Notes: generated by a model not told the origin, from the letters alone. A DNA stretch of 64,000 nucleotides from an uncultured Gammaproteobacteria bacterium (GCA_965230945.1 OZ246397.1:4692-68691), one strand, 5' to 3'; shown: positions 17,889-28,196, counted from the stretch's first letter. Numbers and translations: made by a program.

Positions 17889-18743
17889 TTATAATTTAGC
17901 TAAATTGTCAATTACCTGTCGCTTTCTTAGAAGTTGACGGATATAAGCTTTTTGAGCCTGATTTTTAAATGATTCTTGGCTTTCTTTTTCAGGAATAGCT
18001 TGGATCATTTTTTCCACTTGGGCTTCAGAAACCTTAATCTTTTCCTCATCAGCGATTTTAGAAAGAATGAGTTCTAATTTGATAGTTTGTTCGGCTTGTT
18101 TTTGATATTCTCCCTTGATTTGCTCGGCTGTCTTACCTGTAGAAGCAAGGTATTGTTCAACAGTAAGGCCTAGCTGTTTAGTCTGATCAAGCAAGCGAGA
18201 GAGCATTTTATTAACTTCGTCTTGAACTAAAATTTCAGGAAGAAAGAATTTAATTTCTTCGAGAAGTGCTTTGAAGATTTGTTCTAACTTTTTACTTTCA
18301 CCTTCTTGTTTTTTTTGTTCTTTATCTTTGCCCGGCACCCAAATTTTATCTGAAGCCAATGATTTTTTTACTGCTTCCCTGTAATTGCCAAGTTTTATTT
18401 CTGGTAATTCGCAGGTAACGGCTTTGATTTGCCAATCTTTCTTTTCTTGTAAGGAGAGTACGCTTACCTGGGGATTGGCAATCGGTTTAATTTTATGTTC
18501 CTTGACAGCCTCTACATAAAGATCGGGAATAACTTCTTTTAGGATTTCCTGGTAAGCAGCTGTTTTATCAAGCTGTTTTTCGACTAAATTAAGAGGAGCT
18601 TTGCCTTTCCTGAAACCCTTGACAGTAATTGCTTTAGTAAGTTCTTCGAGTTTTTTTTGATAAGCCTGGCTAACCCTTTTCCAAGGAATATTAATGGTGA
18701 GTTCGATTGTTCCGTCAGGAAGCTTGTTTAAAGCTGATGTCAT
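17889..18743 (-). CDS. tig: Trigger factor lacking the PPIase domain
   Basis: GFRKGKAP ribosome-binding motif; only 284 aa. Confidence 0.88.
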   Translation of the reverse strand: MTSALNKLPDGTIELTINIPWKRVSQAYQKKLEELTKAITVKGFRKGKAPLNLVEKQLDKTAAYQEILKEVIPDLYVEAVKEHKIKPIANPQVSVLSLQEKKDWQIKAVTCELPEIKLGNYREAVKKSLASDKIWVPGKDKEQKKQEGESKKLEQIFKALLEEIKFFLPEILVQDEVNKMLSRLLDQTKQLGLTVEQYLASTGKTAEQIKGEYQKQAEQTIKLELILSKIADEEKIKVSEAQVEKMIQAIPEKESQESFKNQAQKAYIRQLLRKRQVIDNLAKL

Positions 18744-18874
18744 CGATGACCTCCCAGACTTCTTACACGGGGGGATGAAGCAGGATTTTTAAAAGAGAGA
18801 TTTTGACGCTCCTTTTTCAAATTTTTAAAAATATCCTTTTTAGGTTTTGGTAAATTACCAGATTTTTTATTCAT
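18740..18874 (-). CDS. 44-aa basic microprotein coupled to tig (not in ORF track)
   Basis: MNKKSGNLPKPKKDIFKNLKKERQNLSFKNPASSPRVRSLGGHR; ATGA overlap with tig; TATAAT just upstream. Confidence 0.65.
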   Translation of the reverse strand: MNKKSGNLPKPKKDIFKNLKKERQNLSFKNPASSPRVRSLGGHR

Positions 18875-18921
18875 AAACTTCTTTAATTATAGCATGAAGA
18901 TAGGTTTGTGGAAAGAGAGGA

Positions 18922-19317
18922 TTATGATTTTATCTTGACTACTATTTGGCGGGTGCGCGGTCCATCAAGTTCTACTAAAAAGATCTGTTGCCACCTTCCT
19001 CTAATAATTTTTCCATTTTCAATAATTAAAGTTTTATCTGTCCCTAAAAGTCCACTTAAAAGATGAGCTTTGGCATTGATGTCAATTTGATTATGGGCAA
19101 ATTTTTGATCTTTTATGAGTTGTTTTAAAAAGGAAAGCCAGTCTTTTCTAAGTCGGTTTTCGTTTTCAGTTAGGATAATGGCCGCTGTTGAATGAGGGGT
19201 AAAAATTAAACATAGACCATCAGAAACATGACTCTCTTCTATTAACTTCTCTACTTCCTTAGTGACATCAAGGAGTTGGTATTTTTCGGTAGTATTAAAA
19301 GAAAGTTTTTTAATCAA
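18922..19317 (-). CDS. yjbQ: YjbQ family protein
   Basis: PHSTAAI..ENE, NAKAH, GRWQQIFLVELDGPRTR. Confidence 0.9.
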   Translation of the reverse strand: MIKKLSFNTTEKYQLLDVTKEVEKLIEESHVSDGLCLIFTPHSTAAIILTENENRLRKDWLSFLKQLIKDQKFAHNQIDINAKAHLLSGLLGTDKTLIIENGKIIRGRWQQIFLVELDGPRTRQIVVKIKS

Positions 19318-19319
19318 GG

Positions 19320-19562
19320 CTATTTTTTCTTAGGAGCTCTAAGGAAAAGTTTTCTCCAAAGCTTTTCTTTTTTTTGAAAGAAAAGTAGATAAACTATTTC
19401 TAGAATACCGAAAAGATTAACGATTAAAATGGCGATGAACCAAGCTTTTTGTTTGTCTTGTGCAGCTCGCCATAGAGCTAGTCCCTTCCAAATTAAGCCC
19501 CAGATTAAAAGAAAAATAAAACGGGGATCATTGATGTTTAAAAATTGATTTATATTTTCCAT
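19320..19562 (-). CDS. DUF5652-like membrane protein
   Basis: WKGLALWRAA...WFI...N.FGILEIVY. Confidence 0.75.
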   Translation of the reverse strand: MENINQFLNINDPRFIFLLIWGLIWKGLALWRAAQDKQKAWFIAILIVNLFGILEIVYLLFFQKKEKLWRKLFLRAPKKK

Positions 19563-19565
19563 TTT

Positions 19566-19904
19566 TTATTCCCCTTCTAGCTCGCTGTCGATTTCATCTA
19601 ATTCTTTATCAATATCGGTAAAATCGGTAGTTTGCAGATCATATTCAATCTTTCCAATTTCATCACTTTCTTGTTGTTGTTCTAGTTTTTCAGTAGCCTC
19701 ATCAAATTCTTCCTGTTCTTCAATAATGCCCCCTTCTTGCATCTCCATCTGTTCTGTTTCTTCTTGTGGTTTTTGTGTTTCTGTTTTTAACTTAAGGATG
19801 TTTTGATTGTTCATCCACAGGAAACCTACACCTCCCAAACAGATGACGGCGATGATAATAAAGAGATACCAGAATTTTTCTAAAAAGCTTTGTTTTTCTT
19901 CCAT
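19566..19904 (-). CDS. Single-TM protein with acidic tail
   Basis: N-terminal TM, D/E-rich C-terminus. Confidence 0.7.
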   Translation of the reverse strand: MEEKQSFLEKFWYLFIIIAVICLGGVGFLWMNNQNILKLKTETQKPQEETEQMEMQEGGIIEEQEEFDEATEKLEQQQESDEIGKIEYDLQTTDFTDIDKELDEIDSELEGE

Positions 19905-19908
19905 TTTA

Positions 19909-20499
19909 TCATTCTTCAGTTTCTACTGAAGCCTTGATGCTTCTGATAGTATCTACTAATAATTGGTGAATTTCAATAATTTCTTGCTTTGTTTCCTTGA
20001 TTAGCTCTTTCACTTCTGAAAATATTTCTTTTGGATCTTCTCCCTCAACTACTTCTTCGAATTTTTCTCTAGCCTGCGGGATTAAGTTATAACCTGTTTC
20101 GTCAATTTTTTGCTTAACTGTTTCTATTTTTGTCTTAGCATCGTCAAGCTCCATGTTTTTATTTTTTTCTTCTAATTTTTCTATTCGCGATTCAATTCTG
20201 CTAGTAATTCTTTCTAGCCTGACTAGGGCTGCGCTCAATCTTCTCATCATTTTTCTGAAGCGGCTATTGACAATATTTCTTTTTACTTCGCTTAAACGGC
20301 TGGCTCTGGTAGCAATTTTTTCCTGAATTTGATTTTTAATTACTTCTCTTCGATTCTGTCCTTCTTGAGTGCTTATAGCTTCTACTTCGCTAGCTTCTTC
20401 TACAGCAGCTGGACCAACCTGCTCTGCCTGAACTATAGCCGAAGAGGCGAAAGTAAAAAACAAAAGAAAGATAAGGGTTGCTTTAAAAATGCTTTTCAT
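19909..20499 (-). CDS. Secreted coiled-coil hypothetical protein
   Basis: Signal peptide followed by heptad-rich helices. Confidence 0.7.
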   Translation of the reverse strand: MKSIFKATLIFLLFFTFASSAIVQAEQVGPAAVEEASEVEAISTQEGQNRREVIKNQIQEKIATRASRLSEVKRNIVNSRFRKMMRRLSAALVRLERITSRIESRIEKLEEKNKNMELDDAKTKIETVKQKIDETGYNLIPQAREKFEEVVEGEDPKEIFSEVKELIKETKQEIIEIHQLLVDTIRSIKASVETEE

Positions 20500-20546
20500 A
20501 ACTTAGTTCATAGTAGAATACTTTTGAAAATCTTGTCAAGGTCTAG

Positions 20547-20942
20547 TTAATCTTCGATTTTAAATTCAATATCCATATCTAGTAGAGGCGGGTTTAGACT
20601 GGCTTCTTTGAGATCTGTTTCTTGAAGTTGTTTATCAATTTCTTTTAAGTCCTGCTCAATTTCCAAAATAGCAGAGTCAGTTGCATAGGATGAAGGGTTG
20701 CTTATTTCTTGAGTAACTTCCTGCCTGGGTGTTGGGGTAATATTTTTTTCTTTTTCTAATAGTTTAATTAGTTTAATTTGAGGCTGTTTAAAACCGAGAA
20801 TAATGGCGATGGTGAGTAAAATAACTAAAGTGCTAGCAAAGACACTAGAGAAAAGGATCAAGAACTTTTTGCTTACTTTAGTCTTTTCTCTTAGTGAGGT
20901 AATATTTTCAAAATTTTGCTTAATGGGTTTTTCAGTCGGCAC
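20547..20942 (-). CDS. Single-TM hypothetical protein
   Basis: TM, PTP linker, acidic helix, PPLLD end. Confidence 0.7.
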   Translation of the reverse strand: MPTEKPIKQNFENITSLREKTKVSKKFLILFSSVFASTLVILLTIAIILGFKQPQIKLIKLLEKEKNITPTPRQEVTQEISNPSSYATDSAILEIEQDLKEIDKQLQETDLKEASLNPPLLDMDIEFKIED

Positions 20943-21732
20943 TTTTGATCTCCTTGATAACTTCTTGAAGCTGGCTACTGGCTTCCTTTAGGTATTGATG
21001 GGATTCTTCTAATAAAAAGCGAGCTTGATTATAAGTTTTGTTTTTATTTCTGTCTTTAGATTTCATTTTAACTAAAATTTGCTGGGCTTCGAATTCTTTT
21101 TCTTGACTTTTGGTAAGACGCTTTTCAGCCTCGAGCATCCAGCGTTCGGCCTTAGTTGTTTGTTTATCTCCTTTTTGCCTAATGCCCCCTATTTTTTCCT
21201 TAAGAAGATTTATCTGTTCATTTAGCTGATGGCGGTAAGTAGTTTGTTTACCTGCCAAAATAGTTCCCAATGTTTGGTAGCTTAGAACTTCAGTTGTTTT
21301 GTATTGTTCTTTGCTTTTGCCAGCCAGATTAACCAGATCTTCTAAGGTAGCTGCTGTTTTCAAGCTGTTTTTGTGGTCTTGGTACCAACTAACTTCGTGG
21401 TCTAGTTTTAGATAGACAATATTTTGTTCATAGTTAGAGATACCGGTGATATCTGCCAATTTTAATCTTAGGGCTGTTAAATAAGTACTGATAACTATAT
21501 CCTCATCTTGAAGCATCTTTAAAGTTTTTTCTCGAGCATCGTCTTTGCTGGTTAGGGTTTTATAACTAAGATAGGCTTCTTTGGCCGCTACATATTGGCT
21601 ATGTGATTGACGATATTGGTTAAAGTTGAAAAGATAGTCGTCAAAGGCGCGTTGGGAGTCAAACTCTTGAGCATAGATAAAGTTGGTCGTTAAAAAGAGG
21701 AAAATAACAAAAAAAAGAGGCAGGGTTCTCAT
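20932..21732 (-). CDS. Secreted helical hypothetical protein
   Basis: Signal peptide; all-helical composition. Confidence 0.7.
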   Translation of the reverse strand: MRTLPLFFVIFLFLTTNFIYAQEFDSQRAFDDYLFNFNQYRQSHSQYVAAKEAYLSYKTLTSKDDAREKTLKMLQDEDIVISTYLTALRLKLADITGISNYEQNIVYLKLDHEVSWYQDHKNSLKTAATLEDLVNLAGKSKEQYKTTEVLSYQTLGTILAGKQTTYRHQLNEQINLLKEKIGGIRQKGDKQTTKAERWMLEAEKRLTKSQEKEFEAQQILVKMKSKDRNKNKTYNQARFLLEESHQYLKEASSQLQEVIKEIKSAD

Positions 21733-21768
21733 ACATTTATTTTACATATTAGAATTTAGTTTGTCTAC

Positions 21769-22983
21769 TTATTCGTATCTTAAGGCTTGGATAGGATTGA
21801 GTTTAGCCGCTTTCCCAGCCGGGACGACGCCAAAAATAATGCCGATAATAACAGAGACAAAGAAAGCCAGCAAGATAGACCAGAAGGTTATGACGGCAGG
21901 GAAGAATTGATTAATTAAAGCCGCGCCAAGAACTCCGATAATAATTCCTGTTATTCCTCCCCCTACTGAAAGGACGACTGATTCAACTAGAAATTGGATG
22001 AGGATTATTTTAGGGGTTGCCCCAATTGCCTTTCTTAAACCGATTTCTTTCGTTCTTTCGGTAATCGAAACTAACATAATATTCATAATACCAATGCCGC
22101 CAACAATTAAAGAGATAGCGGCAATGCCAGCTAAGGCGACCGTTAAAGCACCCAGAACTTGAGCAACGACAGATAAGAGGCTCTCAGTATCAACTACAGA
22201 AAAATCATTATCGTCAAGAGTCCTTAACATAATTTCTTCAGCTTCGATTTTCGCTTGTTCGATAGATTCTTGATCTTTGGCTTGAAGCCAGAAAGCGATG
22301 ATATTTTCCATATCAAAAGTAGTTAAGGCAGTCGTTACAGGAATAAAAATTTGGTTATCAGTATCAACCCCTCCAAGTGTTCCTTGAGGGCCTAGAACTC
22401 CTAAAACGGTAAATTTATTTTCAGAAATGGTAACTTTTTTCCCTAGGGGATCATTTTCGCCAAAAAGTTTTTCGGCTACCGTTTTTCCCAAGATGACAAC
22501 TTTTTTGGCCGCTTCTTGCTGGGAGAGAGTAAAAAAACTGCCACTTTCGGGATATTGATCTCTAATTTTTGTATATTCATAAGTAACCCCCGCAGCTTGA
22601 GTGGTCTGACTTTTTCCTTTATAAGAAACGGTGGCATTGTTTTCCGTATAGGGCATGACCGCTTTAATAGCAGTACTTCTTTGAACTAAATCTCTTCCTT
22701 GCTCGATGGTTAATTTTGACGCCGCCATCCCTGCTCCTTGTATACCGCCTCCTTCTTCGCCTGAACCAAGTTCAAATTCGCCTGGCATAATATATAAAAT
22801 GTTAGCGCCGATACTTTCAAATTGAGCAGTAATATATATTTTCAAACCTGAACCGATAGAGATCAGGAGAATAACCGAGGTTACGCCAATGATTACCCCC
22901 AGCATCGTTAATAAAGAACGCATCTTGTTTGACTTAAGGGTAATGAAAGCTAGCTTAAAGGTCTCAAGCAATTTCTCCATCAT
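21769..22983 (-). CDS. MacB/FtsX-family ABC permease
   Basis: RSLLTMLGVIIG, GGIGIMNIMLVSITERTKEIG, PIQALRYE. Confidence 0.93.
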   Translation of the reverse strand: MMEKLLETFKLAFITLKSNKMRSLLTMLGVIIGVTSVILLISIGSGLKIYITAQFESIGANILYIMPGEFELGSGEEGGGIQGAGMAASKLTIEQGRDLVQRSTAIKAVMPYTENNATVSYKGKSQTTQAAGVTYEYTKIRDQYPESGSFFTLSQQEAAKKVVILGKTVAEKLFGENDPLGKKVTISENKFTVLGVLGPQGTLGGVDTDNQIFIPVTTALTTFDMENIIAFWLQAKDQESIEQAKIEAEEIMLRTLDDNDFSVVDTESLLSVVAQVLGALTVALAGIAAISLIVGGIGIMNIMLVSITERTKEIGLRKAIGATPKIILIQFLVESVVLSVGGGITGIIIGVLGAALINQFFPAVITFWSILLAFFVSVIIGIIFGVVPAGKAAKLNPIQALRYE

Positions 22984-23629
22984 AGATCTTAATTATTTTT
23001 TTAGCGTTTTTGGCAATTTGTTCATCATGAGTAACTAGAATAACAGTATTCCCCTCTTTGTTTAATTTTTTAAAGATGTCAATTATTTCTTTGCCTGTTT
23101 TAGAATCTACGTTCCCTGTTGGCTCATCAGCTAAAATAATACTGGGTTTATTAATTAGAGCTCGAGCAATAGCCGTTCTTTGTTGTTCTCCTCCGGAAAG
23201 CTGATTTGGAAAATGAGAGGCTCTTTCTTTGAGGCCTAATTGCCCAAGAGTTTCCATGGCCCTTGTTTTTCTTTTTTCCGAGTCGATGCCAGCATAAATG
23301 AGAGGAAGTTGAACATTATCTAAAGTTGTTGTTCTGGGGATAAGATTAAAAGTTTGGAAAACAAAACCAATTTTTTTGTTTCTAATTTGAGCCAGTTCTG
23401 CTTCAGACAGTTTAGAAACATCTTTATTCTCAAAGATGACTTTTCCAGAAGTAGGGACATCCAGACAACCGGCAATATGCATGAGGGTCGATTTTCCACT
23501 TCCCGAAGGCCCCATAATGGCAATAAAATCGCCCTTTTCTATCTCCAGATTAATTTTTTTTAAGACATGAAGTGGTTGAGAGCCAGTATCGTATGTTTTT
23601 GAAACATTACTTAGCTGAAGAATTTTCAT
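22964..23629 (-). CDS. LolD/MacB-type ABC ATPase
   Basis: [25 protein letters not shown]. Confidence 0.95.
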   Translation of the reverse strand: MKILQLSNVSKTYDTGSQPLHVLKKINLEIEKGDFIAIMGPSGSGKSTLMHIAGCLDVPTSGKVIFENKDVSKLSEAELAQIRNKKIGFVFQTFNLIPRTTTLDNVQLPLIYAGIDSEKRKTRAMETLGQLGLKERASHFPNQLSGGEQQRTAIARALINKPSIILADEPTGNVDSKTGKEIIDIFKKLNKEGNTVILVTHDEQIAKNAKKIIKIYDGEIA

Positions 23630-23631
23630 TT

Positions 23632-24693
23632 TTAATCTTTTTTTGTTTTTTTACGGAGAATGATTATTTGCCCCTCTTCAATTCCTTTTATAATTTCAGT
23701 TTTGGTATCTGTTTCAATGCCTGTTTCTACTTCAATATCTTTGATTTCTTTACCTTCAATAATCTGGACATAACTTTTGTCATTTTTCTCTTTAACGGCT
23801 TCGATAGGAACAGCTAAAATATCCTCTTTACTATCAATAATTATTTCTACATCACCATTCATGCCGACTTTAAATTTAAAATTCTCATTCTGAGGGAGAG
23901 ATATCTCTACCGGATAAGCGGTTCCCCCGCCAGTAGTTCTCACAGAGGAGAAAGAAATTTTATCGATTTTTCCTTCGATTGTTTCTTCAGGATAAGTATC
24001 TAAGATGACATTCGCCTTTTGCCCTAACCTAACCTTACCGATATCGACTTCATCAACATTGGTGGCACACTTCATCTGGTTCGGATCGGCAATCGTAAAA
24101 ACAGCTGTAGCCGGGGTAATATTGACACCGGCAATGGGAGTATCAATACTAGTAACAATGCCTTCTATGGGGGAAGTGAGAGTGGCTAATTTCACTGTCA
24201 GATTGGCGATTTCGTAATCTAAGACAATAGAATCAAGGTCAAATTGGGCTTTCTCTAAAATTCTTTTTATTTCATCAGTGACAAGATGGCTTTCTTTAGT
24301 TTCTTTATAGTCATCGTGGATTTGTTCAAAGTCCCAACGTTCATTCATATAATCTAGCATCTCTTTTTCAAGGGTTTTTTGAAGCTTTCTTTTATCCAAA
24401 GAGGCAATAGCTTGCCACTTTTTAACATAGTCCCCTTCTTTGACGCCTACCCAAGATAAAAGGCCAGAAGTTTGAAATTTTAGATCAACTTGATTTTCGG
24501 ATCTGATAACTCCTGAAGCCATAATAATTTCCGTCAGATCTACTTTCTTAACTTTGGAAGTCTCATAAATAGATTGAGGTTTATAAAAAACAGTCTTTTT
24601 TAAGGAGATAAAACTGACAATGACGACAATAATTGCCAAAAAGACAATGCTTATTTTTTTGTATCTCTTGAAGAAGCTAAAGATTTTTTTCAT
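23632..24693 (-). CDS. MacA-like periplasmic adaptor subunit
   Basis: VKEGDYVK and SPIEGIV lipoyl half-motifs, VDEVDIGKV; first gene of the exporter trio. Confidence 0.88.
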   Translation of the reverse strand: MKKIFSFFKRYKKISIVFLAIIVVIVSFISLKKTVFYKPQSIYETSKVKKVDLTEIIMASGVIRSENQVDLKFQTSGLLSWVGVKEGDYVKKWQAIASLDKRKLQKTLEKEMLDYMNERWDFEQIHDDYKETKESHLVTDEIKRILEKAQFDLDSIVLDYEIANLTVKLATLTSPIEGIVTSIDTPIAGVNITPATAVFTIADPNQMKCATNVDEVDIGKVRLGQKANVILDTYPEETIEGKIDKISFSSVRTTGGGTAYPVEISLPQNENFKFKVGMNGDVEIIIDSKEDILAVPIEAVKEKNDKSYVQIIEGKEIKDIEVETGIETDTKTEIIKGIEEGQIIILRKKTKKD

Positions 24694-24735
24694 AGATCGG
24701 TCAAATTATAGCAATAGTAGGACAAAAAAGAAAGA

Positions 24736-24813
24736 CTATTTTTTCTTTTTAAGATAATACCAGGTGAAGCCAATGATGATAATGGCTAGGAAAAAGATGG
24801 CGACATTATTCAT
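24736..24813 (-). CDS. 25-aa membrane microprotein (not in ORF track)
   Basis: MNNVAIFFLAIIIIGFTWYYLKKKK; start overlaps the YibE/F stop. Confidence 0.55.
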   Translation of the reverse strand: MNNVAIFFLAIIIIGFTWYYLKKKK

Positions 24814-25924
24814 ACTTGTCCTTTCTTGTAATAGGTTTTTTAATAAAACTAATAGTGGCTAAAAAAGTAGTGATAGGAACTGCTAAAATTAAACCAATAC
24901 TGCCGGTTAAAGCCCTAACTATTTCTTCGCTGATTATTTCATAATTAATAACCTCCTTAAATGGCTGGGGGTTATCAATAAAAAGAAGCAATAGTGGTAA
25001 GGCAGCTCCGGTGTAAACTAAAATTAAGGTATTGATCATTGAGGCGATATGGTCTTTACCGACATTCATGGAGCGGGTGAAGAGTTCTTTTTTGCTGATT
25101 TTAGGGTTGCTTTCTTTTAGTTGTTGGACGATAGCTGATTGAGAAACAGTAACATCATCTAAGATCCCCAAGGTACCAATAATAATTCCTGCCAGTAAAA
25201 TTCCTTTTATATTGAAAAATCCATGTTTGGCGACTTGCAGAAAACCGGCTTCTTCTGAAGCATAGCCAGTTAAATGGGTGAGCTCGACAGCAAACTTGGC
25301 CAGCAAGCCAGTAATTAACAGGGCAATAAAAGTAGAGATGAGAGCAATATTGGTCTTTTTATTTAAACCATGAGAAAGGTAGAAATTAATAGGGAGAATA
25401 ATGAAAGAGGCAAGAATAACGATTAAAACCGGATCTTTGCCAAGATAGATTTGGGGTAAGATAAATTTAAAGATGATAAGAAAAGAAACAGCCAAGCCAA
25501 TTAAGGAAGTTACTCCTCGCCATTTACCAACAGCCGCAGCTAAAATGACAAAAGCGATGAAAAGCCATAGTAGTGCCTTTCTGCGGATAACATCAGCGAT
25601 TAAAAATATTTCATTGCCTTCAAAATCAAAACTTTTGTTAATTAAAAGATTATCCCCTATTTTGTATTTTGTTTGTCCAGCTAAAGGTAAACTACCAGCC
25701 TTAAGAGTTATTAATTGGTCTTTTAAAGATCCTTTGGTGATTAATATTTGTAAGTCCTGAATAAGATTTTGCTGATTATCGACAATTTTAATGTCTTCAC
25801 GGAGGATTTTAGTAATTTTTCCTTCCAGAACTTCTATCTGGCTTGGGTTTTGGGCAAAAACCTTTGCAGGAAGGAGAAAAAGGATTAAAGCCGTTACTAT
25901 TAAAAAGAGTAGTTTTTTAATCAT
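24806..25924 (-). CDS. YibE/F family membrane protein
   Basis: GILDDVTVSQ, GKDHIASMINTLILVYTG, EEIVRAL.GSIG. Confidence 0.9.
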   Translation of the reverse strand: MIKKLLFLIVTALILFLLPAKVFAQNPSQIEVLEGKITKILREDIKIVDNQQNLIQDLQILITKGSLKDQLITLKAGSLPLAGQTKYKIGDNLLINKSFDFEGNEIFLIADVIRRKALLWLFIAFVILAAAVGKWRGVTSLIGLAVSFLIIFKFILPQIYLGKDPVLIVILASFIILPINFYLSHGLNKKTNIALISTFIALLITGLLAKFAVELTHLTGYASEEAGFLQVAKHGFFNIKGILLAGIIIGTLGILDDVTVSQSAIVQQLKESNPKISKKELFTRSMNVGKDHIASMINTLILVYTGAALPLLLLFIDNPQPFKEVINYEIISEEIVRALTGSIGLILAVPITTFLATISFIKKPITRKDKYE

Positions 25925-25932
25925 TGTTTCAG

Positions 25933-27345
25933 TTAAAGCCAGCCTAAAAGCATGGCCAATCCCAGTAAGAAGATAATGATTCCAGAGACCAGATGAAGGT
26001 ATCTTATATTTTTATCCTTCCAGCCGGAAACATTTTCCACGGTTGTAAAGCCAATATAACAGATAATGGTTATGGCGATCATGGGGAGAATAAAGATTAG
26101 ATTATAGAGTAAAAGCCAGGGAATGGTTTTAATTAAGGCCAAAGAGGATAAAATACCCCCGCAGATAACATAGGGACCAATGGTGCAAGGAAGTAGAAAG
26201 ATGGTTACTAGAGCACCTATTAAAAAGGCGCTTTTAGGCGAAGTTACCTTAAAGAGGAAATTTTGCATCTTTGGTCGTAAAGACAAAGGCATTTCAGTTA
26301 GGAAACCGCCTGGTTTATAATGGATGAAGTCTTTTAAATTTAAAAGACCCAGGATAATGGCTCCTATTCCTAAAACCTTGTAAAGCCAAAGGCGGATATT
26401 AGTTAAGGCCTGTATTAATTGGAATGATTTAATAATTACCAAGCCATAGATAAGATACATAATGAAGACAGCAGCACTAAAAGCAAGCCCTGCCAGAAGA
26501 ACATTACGTTTTCTCTTTGGAGAGAAGGTTAAAATGGCTAAAAGGATTAATGTTAAGACAGCTAAGGCGCAAGGGTTAATGGCGTCAACAGCAGCTAAGG
26601 AGAGAATTTTAGTCAGTGTAAAACTCTGACAAGCCTCCTTATCTTGTAGATTTTTTTGTACCGGAATTATGGGTGCTTTTTGATCCTCTTTTAGGAAAGG
26701 TTGGCCGTTCCATTGAAAAAGCCAGTCATTAATCTTAATGGCATTTTCAAAGGAAATTTTTTTTCCAGATAGAGGAACTTTTTTTGGTTTAGTAATTTCA
26801 AAATTAATATCTTTAAGTAGCTCTGAAAGGTCATCTGTTAGAAGATTTTTAAGTAATCTATCATCTACATTTCCAGAAGAGCTTATTAAGACTCTTTGCT
26901 TTGTCCAAATGGTTGGCTTTCCTGGTAAAGATGAAAACTTAAGATCTTCAAAACTAATTAATTCCCCATTTGCGGAAGGAAATTTATTAGTTCCTTTTTT
27001 TTCAATAACTTTCTCAATATTTTTAATAATAGGCAAATCTCCTTTTAAAGAATCATCTTTACCAAAGATGATTAAGGGTATACCTAAGCCAGAGTTGTAT
27101 TGTTCGTTATATTGATAAAGCAAGGGGGCATTTTCTTGTTTTTGATAGATTTCGTATTCAAAGACGATAAGATGAGGATACTTTTGAGTCAATTGCTCTA
27201 AAACTATTGGGTCAGCTGTGGCGCAGTGAGGACAACCAATGCCGGTGAAATAAACAGCAGAAAAAGGTTCTTTCTCGCTAGCCGTAGCCTTAGGAATTAA
27301 AAGAAGGCTAATCAAAAAAAGAAAAAAGAACAATAATTTTTTCAT
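25933..27345 (-). CDS. Thioredoxin-like (CPHC) domain fused to CcdA/DsbD-like TM domain
   Basis: GCPHC; DAINPCA and LPCTIGPY membrane cysteines; start at MKKLLFF preferred. Confidence 0.8.
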   Translation of the reverse strand: MKKLLFFFLFLISLLLIPKATASEKEPFSAVYFTGIGCPHCATADPIVLEQLTQKYPHLIVFEYEIYQKQENAPLLYQYNEQYNSGLGIPLIIFGKDDSLKGDLPIIKNIEKVIEKKGTNKFPSANGELISFEDLKFSSLPGKPTIWTKQRVLISSSGNVDDRLLKNLLTDDLSELLKDINFEITKPKKVPLSGKKISFENAIKINDWLFQWNGQPFLKEDQKAPIIPVQKNLQDKEACQSFTLTKILSLAAVDAINPCALAVLTLILLAILTFSPKRKRNVLLAGLAFSAAVFIMYLIYGLVIIKSFQLIQALTNIRLWLYKVLGIGAIILGLLNLKDFIHYKPGGFLTEMPLSLRPKMQNFLFKVTSPKSAFLIGALVTIFLLPCTIGPYVICGGILSSLALIKTIPWLLLYNLIFILPMIAITIICYIGFTTVENVSGWKDKNIRYLHLVSGIIIFLLGLAMLLGWL

Positions 27346-27388
27346 TCTTTTTAGGATAAAATATTCTTTGTTTATTTGCAACTAACTT

Positions 27389-27859
27389 TTATTTCTTTTT
27401 GTATCCCCAAGGTTGTCGTCCAAAACCATGTCCCTCATAGTCAATTCGATGAACATTGCCTGATTTACATTTTGGACAAGCCATTTCTACGCCTCGACGT
27501 CCGGTACCAAAAGGAATTTCCCAGGTATACTTACAATCTTCACATTTGAATTTTCTGTTTCTAGTTTGTACCATTTGGTAATCACCCCCTTCGATTCTTA
27601 AGGCTTTACCTTTAATTAAGGCCCTGGTAATTTTTTGAAAAGCGGAAGTTAAAATTCGCTGAAAAGTGCTTTGTGAAACTTTCATTTTTTCAGCCGCTTG
27701 AGTTTGATCTAAATTTTGATCATATCTTAATCTTAAAGCCTCTATTTCATCCATAGCCAATATTTCCTCTTCCAAAATAGATAAAGGAATTCCTCGGGGT
27801 TTAAAATAGATTACCTCTGGATTGAAATCGACAAATCTAGGTTTTTTTGGTCTAGACAT
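27389..27859 (-). CDS. DUF134 HTH protein with C-terminal zinc ribbon
   Basis: FKPRG, DEIEALRL, AAEKMKVSQSTFQRIL, ALRIEGG; CEDC...CPKC. Confidence 0.88.
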   Translation of the reverse strand: MSRPKKPRFVDFNPEVIYFKPRGIPLSILEEEILAMDEIEALRLRYDQNLDQTQAAEKMKVSQSTFQRILTSAFQKITRALIKGKALRIEGGDYQMVQTRNRKFKCEDCKYTWEIPFGTGRRGVEMACPKCKSGNVHRIDYEGHGFGRQPWGYKKK

Positions 27860-27876
27860 ACTTTAATACCATGATC

Positions 27877-27910
27877 TAAGACCACCTAGCTAAAAAGCAA
27901 GGTGGTCTTA
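27877..27910. terminator. Inverted repeat / probable terminator
   Basis: TAAGACCACCT...AGGTGGTCTTA, 11-bp stem. Confidence 0.6.
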
Positions 27911-27915
27911 GTCTT

Positions 27916-28167
27916 TTATTTTTTGATTTCCTCAAGGCGCTCTTTAATAGCTGTCAGCTCTTCTTCTAGGGCTTTTGTTTCGTCTTCTAGCATTTGGGTT
28001 TCTGATTGGCTATCCATTCTTTGATAAGGTACTCCCCAAGAGCGTTGGCCCCAAAAAAGACCAAATCGAGGCCTTCCTCCCCAAGCTCTACCGACTCCAC
28101 AAGGACCTAATCCTCGACCGGTTAAGGGACCTTGGCCTAAAGGACCTGTTCTGTCAAATCTTGGCAT
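27916..28167 (-). CDS. DUF5320 family protein
   Basis: MPRFDRTGPLGQGPLTGRGLGPC plus C-terminal coiled coil; SD AAGGAGGTGA. Confidence 0.88.
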   Translation of the reverse strand: MPRFDRTGPLGQGPLTGRGLGPCGVGRAWGGRPRFGLFWGQRSWGVPYQRMDSQSETQMLEDETKALEEELTAIKERLEEIKK

Positions 28168-28196
28168 TTTTTTCACCTCCTTTCTTAATTATATTT

